From Macrostomum hystrix (taxonomy: Eukaryota; Animalia; Platyhelminthes): 64,000 nucleotides of DNA. This document shows, in pieces, positions 1 through 14,490 of the stretch. The stretch is taken from the NCBI GenBank assembly GCA_950097015.1, contig CATNEN010000039.1:3534001-3598000 (forward strand), written 5' to 3'. Numbering within the stretch: position 1 is the stretch's first letter; each line of letters opens with the position of its first letter. Both the position numbers and the translations under genes were made by a program. The notes beneath the pieces are model-generated. The model saw nothing but the letters and a program-made list of their open reading frames with translations. It made no database searches and was not told where the DNA came from.

Positions 1-149
1 TTCGTATTTAAAAATACTTTATTTTGATTCAACTTCCCAAATCCGTGCGTTCCGCGCTTCAACCTTATTTTCTATATAGTTTTATTATCCAGAGTTATCC
101 GTTTTCTCGCTTCAGTATCAGCTAGCGCAAGGTTGCTTAAACCGAACTG

Positions 150-570
150 GAATCGCAGCAGAAACTGTAGCTAGAATCGCAGCAGATACTGTAGCTAGAA
201 TCGCAGCAGATACTGTAGCTAGAATCGCAGCAGATACTGTAGCTAGAATCGCAGCAGATACTGTAGCTAGAATCGCAGCAGATACTGTAGCTAGAATCGC
301 AGCAGATACTGTAGCTAGAATCGCAGCAGATACTGTAGCTAGAATCGCAGCAGATACTGTAGCTAGAATCGCAGCAGATACTGTAGCTGGAATCGCAGCA
401 GATACTGTAGCTAGAATCGCAGCAGATACTGTAGCTAGAATCGCAGCAGATACTGTAGCTAGAATTGCAGCAGATACTGTAGCTAGAATCGCAGCAGATA
501 CTGTAGCTAGAATCGCAGCAGATACTGTAGCTAGAATCGCAGCAGATACTGTAGCTGGAATCGCAGCAGA
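150..570. repeat. 24-bp tandem minisatellite (GAATCGCAGCAGATACTGTAGCTA, ~17 copies)
   Basis: Directly visible near-perfect tandem units; explains the spurious ORF 118..642. Confidence 0.95.
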
Positions 571-1980
571 CAGCACATCTAGAATCGCAGTAGCGATCGT
601 ACGTTTCAGGTTTCTGTCTGTTAGACAGTACTTGCTTAACAATTTAGTTTTATTAATTTAACTGATTCGATTCAAAGTCGCAAAAACAAGTTTTCCTATA
701 GGAAGTAATCCTATAGGATATATCCTACATACTATTGCTGTTTTCAATCAATCTTTGGTTCTGCGGCCATCTGAACTCAATTTGGTGCCCTATAAGTTTC
801 TCTTGTCTCACCCCTTCTCTACTCTGTTTCCTCGTGTTTTACTGGTCCGTGCGTTTTTTATAACATTTTTATAGTGAAAACAATATCTGTAGTCTTTTAT
901 CTTTATGGACAGAAGACAAGCGGCTTAAAAACTGTCTTTACCAAACTGCCTACCCTCTGCTTCACAGTTGTTCATTTTTTCTGCCCGTGTGATTGAAACT
1001 AAAAAAACGGTTCTGTAAAAAAGTGTGATTAAAAAATAAAAATGCTCAAACAAAAAATCTATTGTGTTAATCGTTTTATTTTGGGCGTTAAAATTTTTCG
1101 AATTCTGTTATATTAAATTTATTTTTTTTTTACTTGTTACTTCCCTAGCAGTTTTTAAGTAGTGCGTTGCGAATATAAGCGCTATTATTCACACGTAATC
1201 GATGAAATAGAAAATCTTCAACATTAAACTGGGCCACTATCTTTTGTCTCTGTCTTCTCAGCCTCTCACTCTAAGCTCTTCCCTCAAGTGAAAACCGGTT
1301 CGAAAGCTTTTTTTAGCTTTGTGAAAACTGCTTTAGCAACGGTGAAGCAGTTTACTATTGTATTGTATGCTTCTAGTTCAACTGCTCGAACTTTTCTCAA
1401 ATCGTTTTTTTATTTTTTACCAGAAAATTCTTGGCTTAAGGCCAAAATAATATCCAGATGATGGCCAAACTTTTAGATTTACATCTACTTGTAGTAGTAG
1501 TACTAAGCGAATTTTAGTGTCCTAAGTGTTCAATATTTGGTTGTTGACGGAAATTATTAGTCAAGGTAAAAAATAAATGTTCATTTTGGTGGCTTTACTT
1601 GAGAATATTCAAGGTTTATCGAGCACTAAAGATCTTTCGTCTGAGTTCGAGTCCACAAGGGTAAGGAATTTCATGACAAAGTTCTGAGTTTGTTCGCATG
1701 GCGCGACCACACCCCTCTTGTTGTTCTCCTGCCCCCCTCAGCTCTCTATTCTCTTTCCACTGGGTCTCATTTAGATTCTAAAGCTTGTTTTGTTTCGTTA
1801 TCATTTCCACTGGCTGCGATAGTGCTGGCGCAGCTTGGGTTTCAGGCGGCTCAACCAGCTAATTTAACAGGCCACACCCCCAACACAGCCGGGCAAACTG
1901 TTTTGCTTCACCGCTTGTGCCACATCTTTGCAGCTCGGATTCTTCAATCTAGGATTATAGAGTATTGCTCCTGCAACACG

Positions 1981-4900
1981 ATGCGTCCCGCTGCCTCCAA
2001 TCGACTGCTTCTCAATCAGCTTCTGTTTCGTCGTTGCCTAGCAACTGACGCATCCGCCTCCGCTTCGTCCCAAACAGCCCCGGCTGCCGCATCGTTTCGC
2101 TTCTCCGACCTGGTGGTCGAGCGCACCAAGCAGCCGAAACCGAAGCCGCCGAATGACAGCCTGGTGTTCGGCAGCCAGTTCTCCGACCACATGCTGCTGG
2201 CCCGCCACAGCCGCGCCGCTGGCGGATGGTCGGCGCCCCGCCTGCAGCCGCTGCAGAACCTGCCGCTGCACCCGGCGTCCAAGTGCCTGCACTACGCTTT
2301 GGAGTGCTTCGAAGGATTAAAGGTGATTTGAGATGGGCGTTTATTTAGTTTTTACCTGTCTATATTCAGATTACAGAGGGTCTCTCGAACAACTGTCCGC
2401 AATGTTGTTGCAACTTTGAAAGGCCTTCAAAGGAGTGGACGGTCGGGTCCGCTTGTTCCGCCCGATGGAGAACGCCAAGCGTCTGTTGCGCAGCGCAGAG
2501 CGATGCACCCTGGCCACGTTCGACCCCGCGGAGCTGCACCGCTGCCTCAGGGAGCTCGTGCGACTGGACGCCGATTGGGTGCCCGACTCGCGCGAGTGCT
2601 CGCTGTACATCCGGCCAACCATGATCGCCGCCGAGCCGCGCATCTCCGTGGGCCCGGCTGAGGAGACACTGCTGTGAGCCTTCTTAACTCCAGCATCCTT
2701 TGCTGTATTAATAACCCCAGCATCCTTTGCTGTCTTCATGAGCCCAGCATCCTTTGCTGTCTTCATAACCCCAGCATCCTTTGCTGTCTTCATGAGCCCA
2801 GCATCCTTTGCTGTCTTCATAACCCCAGCATCCTTTGCTGTCTTTATGAGCCCAGCATCCTTTGCTGTCTTCATGACCCCAGCATCCTTTGCTGTCTTCA
2901 AGACCCCAGCATCCTTTGCTGTATTCATGACCCCAGCATCCTTTGCTGTCTTCATGAGCCCAGCATCCTTTGCTGTATTCATGACCCCAGCATCCTTTGC
3001 TGTCTTCATGACCCCAGCATCCTTTGCTGTCTTCATGACCCCAGCATCCTTTGCTGTCTTCATGAGCCCAGCATCCTTTGCTGTCTTCATAACCCCAGCA
3101 TCCTTTGCTGTCTTCATGACCCCAGCATCCTTTGCTGTCTTCATGAGCCCAGCATCCTTTGCTGTCTTCATAACCCCAGCATCCTTTGCTGTCTTTATGA
3201 GCCCAGCATCCTTTGCTGTCTTCATGACCCCAGCATCCTTTGCTGTCTTCATGACCCCAGCATCCTTTGCTGTCTTCATGAGCCCAGCATCCTTTGCTGT
3301 CTTCATAACCCCAGCATCCTTTGCTGTCTTCATGACCCCAGCATCCTTTGCTGTCTTCATGAGCCCAGCATCCTTTGCTGTCTTCATAACCCCAGCATCC
3401 TTTGCTGTCTTTATGAGCCCAGCATCCTTTGCTGTCTTCATGACCCCAGCATCCTTTGCTGTCTTCATGACCCCAGCATCCTTTGCTGTCTTCATGACCC
3501 CAGCATCCTTTGCTGTCTTCATGAGCCCAGCATCCTTTGCTGTCTTCATAACCCCAGCATCCTTTGCTGTCTTCATGACCCCAGCATCCTTTGCTGTCTT
3601 CATGAGCCCAGCATCCTTTGCTGTCTTCATAACCCCAGCATCCTTTGCTGTCTTTATGAGCCCAGCATCCTTTGCTGTCTTCATGACCCCAGCATCCTTT
3701 GCTGTCTTCAAGACCCCAGCATCCTTTGCTGTATTCATGACCCCAGCATCCTTTGCTGTCTTCATGAGCCCAGCATCCTTTGCTGTCTTCATAACCCCAG
3801 CATCCTTTGCTGTCTTTATGAGCCCAGCATCCTTTGCTGTCTTCATGACCCCAGCATCCTTTGCTGTCTTCATGACCCCAGCATCCTTTGCTGTATTCAT
3901 GACCCCAGCATCCTTTGCTGTCTTCATGACCCCAGCATCCTTTGCTGTCTTCATGACCCCAGCATCCTTTGCTGTCTTCATGAGCCCAGCATCCTTTGCT
4001 GTCTTCATAACCCCAGCATCCTTTGCTGTCTTTATGAGCCCAGCATCCTTTGCTGTCTTCATGACCCCAGCATCCTTTGCTGTCTTCATGACCCCAGCAT
4101 CCTTTGCTGTCTTCAAGACCCCAGCATCCTTTGCTGTCTTCATGAGCCCAGCATCCTTTGCTGTCTTCATAACCCCAGCATCCTTTGCTGTCTTCATGAG
4201 CCCAGCATCCTTTGCTGTCTTCATAACCCCAGCATCCTTTGCTGTCTTTATGAGCCCAGCATCCTTTGCTGTATTCATGACCCCAGCATCCTTTGCTGTC
4301 TTCATGAGCCCAGCATCCTTTGCTGTCTTCATAACCCCAGCATCCTTTGCTGTCTTTATGAGCCCAGCATCCTTTGCTGTCTTCATGACCCCAGCATCCT
4401 TTGCTGTCTTCAAGACCCCAGCATCCTTTGCTGTATTCATGACCCCAGCATCCTTTGCTGTCTTCATGAGCCCAGCATCCTTTGCTGTCTTCATAACCCC
4501 AGCATCCTTTGCTGTCTTTATGAGCCCAGCATCCTTTGCTGTCTTCATGACCCCAGCATCCTTTGCTGTCTTCATGACCCCAGCATCCTTTGCTGTATTC
4601 ATGACCCCAGCATCCTTTGCTGTCTTCATGACCCCAGCATCCTTTGCTGTCTTCATGACCCCAGCATCCTTTGCTGTCTTCATGAGCCCAGCATCCTTTG
4701 CTGTCTTCATAACCCCAGCATCCTTTGCTGTCTTTATGAGCCCAGCATCCTTTGCTGTCTTCATGACCCCAGCATCCTTTGCTGTCTTCATGACCCCAGC
4801 ATCCTTTGCTGTCTTCAAGACCCCAGCATCCTTTGCTGTCTTCATGAGCCCAGCATCCTTTGCTGTCTTCATAACCCCAGCATCCTTTGCTGTCTTCATG

Positions 4901-6825
4901 AGCCCAGCATCCTTTGCTGTCTTCATAACCCCAGCATCCTTTGCTGTCTTTATGAGCCCAGCATCCTTTGCTGTATTCATGACCCCAGCATCCTTTGCTG
5001 TCTTCATGAGCCCAGCATCCTTTGCTGTCTTCATAACCCCAGCATCCTTTGCTGTCTTTATGAGCCCAGCATCCTTTGCTGTCTTCATGACCCCAGCATC
5101 CTTTGCTGTCTTCATGACCCCAGCATCCTTTGCTGTATTCATGACCCCAGCATCCTTTGCTGTCTTCATGACCCCAGCATCCTTTGCTGTCTTCATGACC
5201 CCAGCATCCTTTGCTGTCTTCATGAGCCCAGCATCCTTTGCTGTCTTCATAACCCCAGCATCCTTTGCTGTCTTTATGAGCCCAGCATCCTTTGCTGTCT
5301 TCATGACCCCAGCATCCTTTGCTGTCTTCAAGACCCCAGCATCCTTTGCTGTCTTCATGAGCCCAGCATCCTTTGCTGTCTTCATAACCCCAGCATCCTT
5401 TGCTGTCTTCATGAGCCCAGCATCCTTTGCTGTCTTTAAGACCCCAGCATCCTTTGCTGTATTCATGACCCCAGCATCCTTTGCTGTCTTCATAACCCCA
5501 GCATCCTTTGCTGTCTTCATGAGCCCAGCATCCTTTGCTGTATTCATGACCCCAGCATCCTTTGCTGTCTTCAAGACCCCAGTATCCTTCGCTGTCTTCA
5601 TGACCCCAGCATCCTTTGCTGTCTTCATGACCCCAGCATCCTTTGCTGTCTTCATGACCCCAGCATGACAGCATCCTTTGCTGTCTTCATGACCCCAGCA
5701 TGACAGCATCCTTTGCTGGCATTATGCCCTTCATTATAGATTTTTTGTCCCCTCTTTAGTCCTGCGTTTTTTCTTGCCATGCTTATTATCCTGCATTAGT
5801 ATTTCTAATTTAGTACCATAATAAAGTTGTAACAGTTAACCAAGCGTGTCACGTACCTTCCAGGTACATCATCACTGGTCCGGTGGGTCCCTACTATCCC
5901 ACTGGCTTCAAGCCGGTGACCCTGCTGGCCGATCCGGCCTACAGTCGCTCCTGGCCTGGCGGCGTTGGCAACAATAAAATGGGCGCCAATTATGGTCCAA
6001 CCTGCTATGTGCAGCTGCAGGCAGCGGCTCAGGGCTGCCAACAGGTGAGACGCCTTCTGGATGTCAGATTAGTTTGTGAGAAAGTCAGATGTCTTTATAA
6101 AATGTCAGGTATATTTTGAGTCTGTAACATCATAATATTTTAAGGACATTTTGATAATAAATTTAATGTGTAGATGATGTGATAACCTTACATATCTCAC
6201 ATACCTAATAACATGACACCTGATATTCGTGACACTTATAAGTATGTCAGTCTTCTTTAGATGATATCATGTGTCCATTGAGGATGTCAGGTGTCTATTG
6301 AGGATGTCAGGTGTCTATTGAGGATGTCAGGTGTCTATTGGATATTAAGGCTGTATTTAAGCAACGCGTCGATGCCTCCGCCTCCAGGTGCTGTGGCTGT
6401 TCGGTCCGGAGCACCGCCTGACTGAGGTCGGCACAATGAACCTGTTCGTGTTCTGGCGCTGCAAAAGCACCGGCCGGCCCCAGCTGGTGACGCCTCCGCT
6501 TAGCAGCGGCCTGATACTGCCCGGCGTTGTTCGGGACAGCTTGCTGCAATTGGCGCGCCAGTGGAACGAATGGGAAGTTCTAGAGCGCGAGATCACCATG
6601 GAAGAGGTGCTCGAAGCCATCGACAACGGCCGGCTGCTGGAGATGTTCGGCTCTGGCACGGCCTGCATTGTTAGCCCGGTTAGCGGCATCAAATACAACG
6701 GCAGCGTGGTCCCGGTGCCAACCATGAGTCAGGGGGCGCCCGTCACTATGCGCTTCTTTCAGACCCTGACCGACATTCAGTACGGCCGGATCAAGGACCA
6801 TCCGTGGGCTGAGATTGTAGCCTGA
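1981..6825 (+). CDS. BCAT: Branched-chain amino acid aminotransferase (likely mitochondrial), 4 exons: 1981-2322, 2423-2673, 5864-6044, 6388-6825
   Basis: Motifs [41 protein letters not shown]-x-G-x-NY (PLP lysine, NKMGANY), EVGTMN, LPGVVR, GSGTAC; all introns GT..AG with consistent phases; Arg/Ser/Ala-rich N-terminus resembles a mitochondrial presequence. Confidence 0.95.
2689..5718. repeat. 27-bp intronic minisatellite (CCAGCATCCTTTGCTGTCTTCATGACC, ~110 copies) in BCAT intron 2
   Basis: Tandem units with six recurring variants; lies between donor 2674 and acceptor 5863. Confidence 0.97.
6271..6340. repeat. 20-bp tandem repeat (GTGTCTATTGAGGATGTCAG, ~3.5 copies) in BCAT intron 3
   Basis: Directly visible. 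Confidence 0.8.
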
Positions 6826-9800
6826 TCCATTGATTCAGCGAGTTGTTGGCGACCATTTTGAGAAAGCAAACTATTTAATAAGATAAACAATACTTTTTAC
6901 TTCTTCTGAACAATTTTATATTTGTGTTAGCGAATTCTACTACTTAGTGATCAGCTGATCAGTAACCTGTCGCGTTTTTTTCAGTCGTCACTTGCCGTTG
7001 TGTTTTTTTATTTATTCGTTCGCTGCTCTAATACTTTCTACTAAATCATTTTTATATCAGACCCTCTTTACTACTGTTCATTCGATTTAGAAAATGTGAT
7101 GCCACTTTCGGTGTTTGCTACATTCACCCAGTAACGTTTTCCTGATGATTTTTTATTGAAAGCGTTTATTTGTCCATTTTTGTTGTTTTTTCTTTTCGCA
7201 CATTTTTCCAGCAATTTGCGTGCTTGCCTGCTATTTTTGAACTTTTGTCGACACTTTATTCTGTAGAGGTTCTTTGCAAATTTATTTGTTAATCTCATCT
7301 ATTTGAGCATATTAATGGTTTGTTATAGTTTAGATAGTTTTCACCTACTTACATTCTCAGTGTATACGAGTACTACTAGATTTGTATTTCGACTTAGTAG
7401 TATGCTGCAGCTGTGTTGCATGGGTACTGTTGTGGCTAACGCTAGCTAGAGCTATCCAAACTCGCGGAAACTAGTTTATTATCATCACTCGTTTGGTACT
7501 TGGATTTGTAATGCAGATTGAGTAGCTTTCATTTATGAGATCAATATATGTTTAGATATAGAGAAGATGTCTGCAAGATTCGGCCGGGCCTTTAAGCTAT
7601 TGCATGCCGGCTATTCATTCTACAGCAGAACGAGTACGATTTCTATAAACTTATTTGATACAAACAACTTCAATGATTTTAATATTAAACAGAACCAAAC
7701 AGATTTGACAAGACTATTTCCGGTTTTTTAGTTTTGTATTTCATTGTACTTTATGTTGTTATATGTACTACACTCACACTTTTGGTCTGCGAAATTATGA
7801 GCGAATACGTGATTCGTGAATGACGATGTTATAAGCTCGATTTAAAAACTCAACTCAGCCGGCCCTGCCCCAAACCCCAAAAAGTGGTTTGGTCGGATAA
7901 CAAGTCAACAATGGAGCTTAAATGGCGCAGGGGTCATCTCAGCCGACGGACGAGACTGCACAACACGAGAGACGAGACTGGTTCCAGTCAATCCGGCCTC
8001 AAGTTCAAACCGGTTCTCTCAATCCACCCTTCCTAAGCTCGCTGTCATTCTCTGCCCCTTCTATCTGCAATCTATTTTTAGCATCGGGCTCAAAGCCTCC
8101 CGAGTGAAATGGACGCACGTGTGTCATGTGATGACAGCAACCCCTCCTCCTTTAGTGGCTGTAGCATTCCTTAGAAACATTTCAAAGCTTAATAAAAAAA
8201 CACTTCTGCACCGGTGCACCCAGCTGAAAAAAGCAAGTCACAATTGTGCTGCTTGTTTATTGGAATCGCGAATTTAATTTGTGTTTTTGCACTTTAAACC
8301 GTTATCTGGTTAATTCAGTGTGTACACAAATACCTCTCTTCTATTACTTTTCTTGCTGTTTCTTGTTTCGCCTCTTGTTCGAGCAATATTTTGATTCTCC
8401 TTCCTTTTTAGTATTAGGCCTATACATTTTTCGAACGACCACAGTTTGATGCGGCAATTTCCGATTTAGCTTTATACTTCTTTAGTAGAGTCCATTATTA
8501 CAAATAATAAAAACATAATAGGTATAATTGGCTTTTTAGCCCCACGATGTAAAAACGCGAGTAAGATCTGCGAAAAGACGAACGAATCCCTTAGATTTGT
8601 TGGGCATATCATATGCCGCATATAGTAATTAGTAATTTTGAAGTCGCGACTTTCAAGTGTGCAGTAAGATGTATTTTGCAGTGCTGCATTCTAATATATT
8701 CACAGAGCACCCATTTGCGAGATGGCACACTATTGCCAACAATAGTGGTAAATTAAGTTTGAGAAAACTTAAAGAGGGACTTTTTCAGGGCATCAAATAA
8801 ATAAGCCACAATTTTTAATAACAAAACTATAAACTCGTAAGAGTTGAATAACATGTAACTAAAATTCTCCCACGTCAATTTCTCCTACGAAACACTTTTA
8901 ATGTCTCTAAGATGAGAGTTTATGCTAATGCAATTCGAACGTTATGCATTTAGCTTCGTAAAAAGTAACTTTATATGCCGAATAAAAGTCGTTTGTAATG
9001 ATTAAACAAACTTAAAGGCATTTATATGTTGCAATGTCACACAAGAGTAAATAGTTGCAGCAGAAAGAGTAAAATTTATTAGTTGTTTAAATTTCTTACC
9101 TTTTGTGTTAAGTTTTTGGCCAGTAGTTTCATATATAACCCACGCTTCGAAAACATTTCACGTCAAGACCGGTTAAAACCGGTTTTCTCTTGTCTGAAGT
9201 AGATTTTGTCGTAAGATCTCGCATTTTAAAACTGCTCGTTAACAGTTTTATAGACTTCACACTAACCTAACTTATACCTAAACTACATCTGTAACTCTAA
9301 GTATTTTTGCTTTTGTATGTGTTCTTCTCGTTCACTTGTTATCAATCTAAAAGACTGTTGTGAACTTCTCCACAATTAGTATCACTAGTTATATCATATT
9401 ATTTATTACTAGTCGAAATTGTGAGAGAAAGACGTCAGATATTATCTTGACCATTTCTCTTTATCATTTTTAGCTATCTATATCTCCTAAATTCAAGCAT
9501 AGGCCTACTTAGAATTTCTAAAGCAAAACAAAATATTTTATTCAATACATAGCTAATTTTGGGCAATCCTCTAGTTTTGCACATTGAATTATTTTACAAA
9601 AGTTAGCACTTACTTACCCAACATTTGAATTGAGTAAAATATTAAACTTTTGCAAGTTTTGAAATTACTTTAAGTGAATGGGGTGCTAGTCACTTCGTCA
9701 TCTACCATATTGTCATTTTTGGATGATGAACTGACCAATTTAAATGGGTGCACTGTTGACAGATGACAAAGTGACCAAGGTCCAACAGTTAATCAATTTG

Positions 9801-10200
9801 CAGATGACAAAGTGACTTAGATTATACTGATCTGAGAATGAGTATGTAATGAGTATAGTTTGTTTGTATAAGTGTTTGTTTAAGCTCATATACATGTAAG
9901 TTTTTCAGTGCAATTTGCAAGGGGAGATGTACATCTTTATAATCTACTCAGATTTTCATATGTGCTCACTTGCATAACTAGCTCAAAAATTTGTGGCGCC
10001 ACTTGGCTGTGCTTATTGACTATCACTGACTCACTTTGTGTATCTGCATACTTAATATTTAGGTACCCTATTTAGTGCATACAGTGTGTAGCTTGCATAT
10101 GTGGCACGTTACATGCATCTATGCTTAAGTTTGAAACTGTTTGATCACACTATATTGTAGGTGGCACATTGCCATCAGTTGTTTTGTAAAGAATATAAAG

Positions 10201-10978
10201 CAATGGCGTAGCAAGGAGGTATCAGTGTATCATATTCTGTTTCTTTGAAAGAAACTTAATTGTTTTTTTATTCTAGATATGCTGGATAGGGTAATGTATC
10301 ATCAACTGAACAGTGTATCTTCAAAACTGAACAAGAATTTTGACTCCTTCTTTGGTCTTGTCCAAGACAGAAACTAGCTATTGTGTTTCACAGAATATCT
10401 AATTTGAAAGTCAAAGAAATTATCTACAAGCTAAGGCATGACATGCAATGAAGCATTAAGAGGAAAGAAAGATATTGATGTTTCAGTAGAAATTTCTTAT
10501 CTCAAAAGCATAATTTTTAACAACATTTTTTCAGTATGTACTTTAGACTAAGATTTTATGTTGTTGCTTTCCAATTAAATGACCATAAATGTAGTTATTT
10601 ATAGAGCATGAAAAATGCTTTCAAATGAGATAATTCATGATAGTTCACTCCTTAAAATTAGATTAAACCACTCACTCAAATTGTAAAACCAAACATCAAA
10701 TTATCTGTTTGGTTTGAAGATACATGAAAATCATTGTTCGGTTTTAGATGAAAAACACAAATAACTTTTTTCTTTTTGACGAAATAGCAAAAGCAGGTAC
10801 TTTTTAGAAAGATTTAACTATTTTCTATAACTTGGCTTTTGATTTATCATCATATCTTAAATAGAAAATCTGTAGCTTAGGTTTGAAATAAAAAAATACA
10901 CATTCTTGTTTGGTTGATGATACATTACCCTAGAACCAAAAAAACCAATATCCCCAAAAAATCCTGGCTATGCTCTTG
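10201..10978. mobile_element. Degenerate hAT-like MITE
   Basis: Imperfect TIRs CAATGGCGTAGCAAGG / CCTGGCTATGCTCTTG; flanking 8-mers ATATAAAG / ACATAAAG (7/8). Confidence 0.5.
10289..10930. mobile_element. MITE with TA target duplication nested in the hAT-like MITE
   Basis: TIR GGGTAATGTATCATCAAC at both ends, flanked by TA..TA. Confidence 0.75.
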
Positions 10979-13387
10979 ACATAAAGTACAGTTTGGCCAT
11001 ATTAAATAATGTTGCATTCTCAGCTAAGCCATTTCTAAAGAGTTCTGATTGTATCAGTTAAACTTTTTTAACTTGTATTTTTGCTTATATTTACATGAGT
11101 AAGTTGGTTGTATTTACATGTCATTAAAATTTTAAATAAGTTTGTTATATTTTGTATAATAAATAAATGTACAAAACTAAAGAATTGCCGTAGTTTTTAC
11201 CTTAGCATATTTTTACATTGATTTTGCTTATTTTTGCTAAGTAAGATAGGTCTATGTAAACACCAAAGGGACTGCAACAGACTATACCACAGTGGGACTA
11301 AGGCAGTATTATTTTTATGTTATATTTAATTACTTGTCTTTATAAGCTCCTGATATCTGATTGATCTCAATAGTGAATATTTGCAAACAATGTGTTGCAT
11401 TTATAACTGATTATATTTGATATTCATTTTCTGATTTTATATATGATATATTCAACAAAAAAGAACCAAGAAATATTGAAACAGATGTTTAAATTACAAG
11501 TGTCTAATATAATAACAGCTATTCACCCTGTGTAATTTTAATAGCACCAGAGTTACATAAACTTTTAGTTTTGACTCTTATTATGTTATATAATATTTAT
11601 ATATTATAAATATATTCAAAATGTTGTGTCTAGTAATTAGAAAATGATTATGTTACAAGTAGCATATTTGACTTAGTCTATCAATGTAGAGTTGTATATG
11701 CCTAGTATGAATTTGATTATACCTAGGTCTTATGACCTTTTCTGGCAAGCAAAAAGTTAGTTAGTGGTTTAGTTAGTTAAGTGGTAAAGTTAAGTCTACT
11801 ATATAACAAAGTGAAATCAATCTAAATTATAGCAAATATCTACTTCATAGACTAATCTTTCTAATTACCTGACAATACAAAACTATTTTAAACTAGCAAG
11901 TTTAACAAACTTAAACAATGCACATGCCAAACAAACCAAAACCTTTAAGATAAAGGTAAATAAGTAAATGGTATTCTTTCTTTAAAACTGTTATTATTTT
12001 TTGGGGTAAACAGAATTACTACACAGTTCAATCATATTGTCCCATATGATATATATCATATCATCATTAGTCCTGCAAAATCAATTAGAAACCATAGGAA
12101 AAGTGTTTCTCAGTTTGATACCTATTGGAAACAAAAGACACAAAACTCAAGCAAGCTGAGTCACTTCTATTATTATTTTAAGTGATATTTATCTGGCAAA
12201 AAATATATACATAAAATGTGTGATCCTGAGTTGTGACATATTCTATCCTTGTTTAGACTGGGAAACCATAAGCTAGCTTGTGAAACATGGCAAGCTGCCA
12301 GACCAAAAATTCTTTATGAGAATAGATTATGTAGTAATTACAAAATTGAAGTAGAAAACAAGGTCTACTTTTTATGTCTGGTCTACTTATGTTCAAGGTC
12401 TACTACAAGTGCTGTAGAAATAGGTATAGCACCACACATTTGAATTTAGAAAAATAAAATCTTGGAAAATGCCTAATTTCACATCCCTAACAGCAAAAGT
12501 CCCCCATTACCTGTTAAATAATGTTCTTTTTTACAAAACTTATAATTTTTTCTATTGTTTGTACAATAACTTATCGTAAAAAATCAGCACAAATGGATGG
12601 CATGTACATTAAAATAAATAAAAAAATAATAATAATGCTTTCACATTTAACTTGTCAATGCTACAATAACTACACATAACTGGTGGTATATTGGAAGCAG
12701 TGTGCACCTTTGCAACCAATAGACAGCCAAAAAATTAGCAAAGACAGCTAGTAGCAGTTTAGACCCCTAAACAAAGTAATTTGTGTCTGTATTTTATGGG
12801 CAAAAATACTAAAACATGGTTAATGAATAGAAATTCTGGGTTTACAACAAGTAAATAATAGGTTCTAACATTGTTCAGTGCCTCACACAGCTGCACCTTT
12901 AAATACTCAAAAAAGCCCACTGCCCCAAGATGGTGTGGGGCAAGACTAGGTGATAGAATATGTGTCTACTAACAAATGTTGTACTTGCATAAAATAATTA
13001 GCATAGTGTTTATTTTGGCAGTTGAATATTGTGTGTTATTGAAATATTATGCAAAAAAACATTTAAAACTAATTTGTTTTGTTTTAAAATTATCTATGAA
13101 TCATATATTACATTCAACTTCAATATCGAAATATTTTAAAATAAAATGACACCTATTGAGTTCTATCCGTTCATTAAGCCTAAGCCTATGCCTTATACCT
13201 GATTGTATCTAAGGGCAATTTTTTATTTTATTAGAAGATAACTCTGTTATACGTTTCAATTTTAGTTACAGACAAGTGCTTGTTTTCATATTTAAAACAT
13301 GAGTAAAATATTTAGTTTATAAGTTATGCAGTCTGGATACCAGCAGAATCTGATAGAAATTTTGATTGTGGCCCAATTATCTAATAA

Positions 13388-13654
<267 letters not shown>

Positions 13655-14490
13655 TTCGCTGTGCCGCTCCATTTCTTTCTTTTAATTGCTGCTATTGTAT
13701 TTTCTATATTTGTGGTCTTATTTAACTTACTAATTATTTTGCCTTTATGTACCTGCTAAACTGCAGTCAGATTGAAATTACCATGCAGTTACCTTAGTGA
13801 TGTGTGGCAAAATATTTGCTTTAGTTTTAACTACGTTGCTTCTGGCAATTACTTGCGTGGGACGCTCATTATCAGTGGTTTCTTCGTCAACTTAGCAAGA
13901 TTGTTTGTGCTAGACTGATAACTCATGCCATTCACTATTTGTTGTCAAATTATTTCCTACTTGCTCTTATTTGTCTTTTTACGTGAAATTGTTCAAATAT
14001 GAAATACACTCTTTAACTAACTGTGAGCTGAGGTCAAGTCCGAGTGAAGACAAAAGTAGAAGCCTTGACTTCGAATTGAGGCACCGGGGAATCAGGAAAT
14101 AGTATTTTATGCTATATATTTGGGAACAGGTCATCTTACATGTTTAGATGCCGACCTAACAGAGAGAAAGTACGTACGAGCGTATAAGTTCCTAAAAATA
14201 GGGCAAGTTCGTTTTATTGCTGTTCCATTGCAAATGTGTGTGATGTGTTTTTTTACCTCTTGTTGTATTCATTTCGGGATTTTATCCCACCCATTGGTCT
14301 GAAATGCTTTTCCACTTTTCTTTAAGAAGTAGTGTAAAAGCTTTCAGCCAACCTTTGTCACTAGCCCTGTTAACTGATTGGTGGTACCAATGATCCGTGC
14401 AATCAAACTTGCGAAGACCTATCATGCAGATGTTTTCCCCGGACACTAGACTCGTTGGCTGTTTCCTTACTTCCGTGCTTCAGTCGTTTC

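Noticed and set aside
118-642. 174-aa SAAILATV-repeat ORF; likewise ORFs at 14397-14948
   Set aside because: Translations of 24-bp and 30-bp minisatellites with no independent coding evidence.
1690-1980. N-terminal extension of BCAT in the ORF track
   Set aside because: Starts at TTG; the first ATG at 1981 gives a plausible mitochondrial presequence.
2371-5709. Four ~900-1100 aa repetitive ORFs
   Set aside because: Artefacts of a stop-free 27-bp minisatellite inside a GT..AG BCAT intron whose flanking exons join in frame.
2689-5718. CRISPR-like repeat array
   Set aside because: No unique spacers, no cas genes, eukaryotic intron context.
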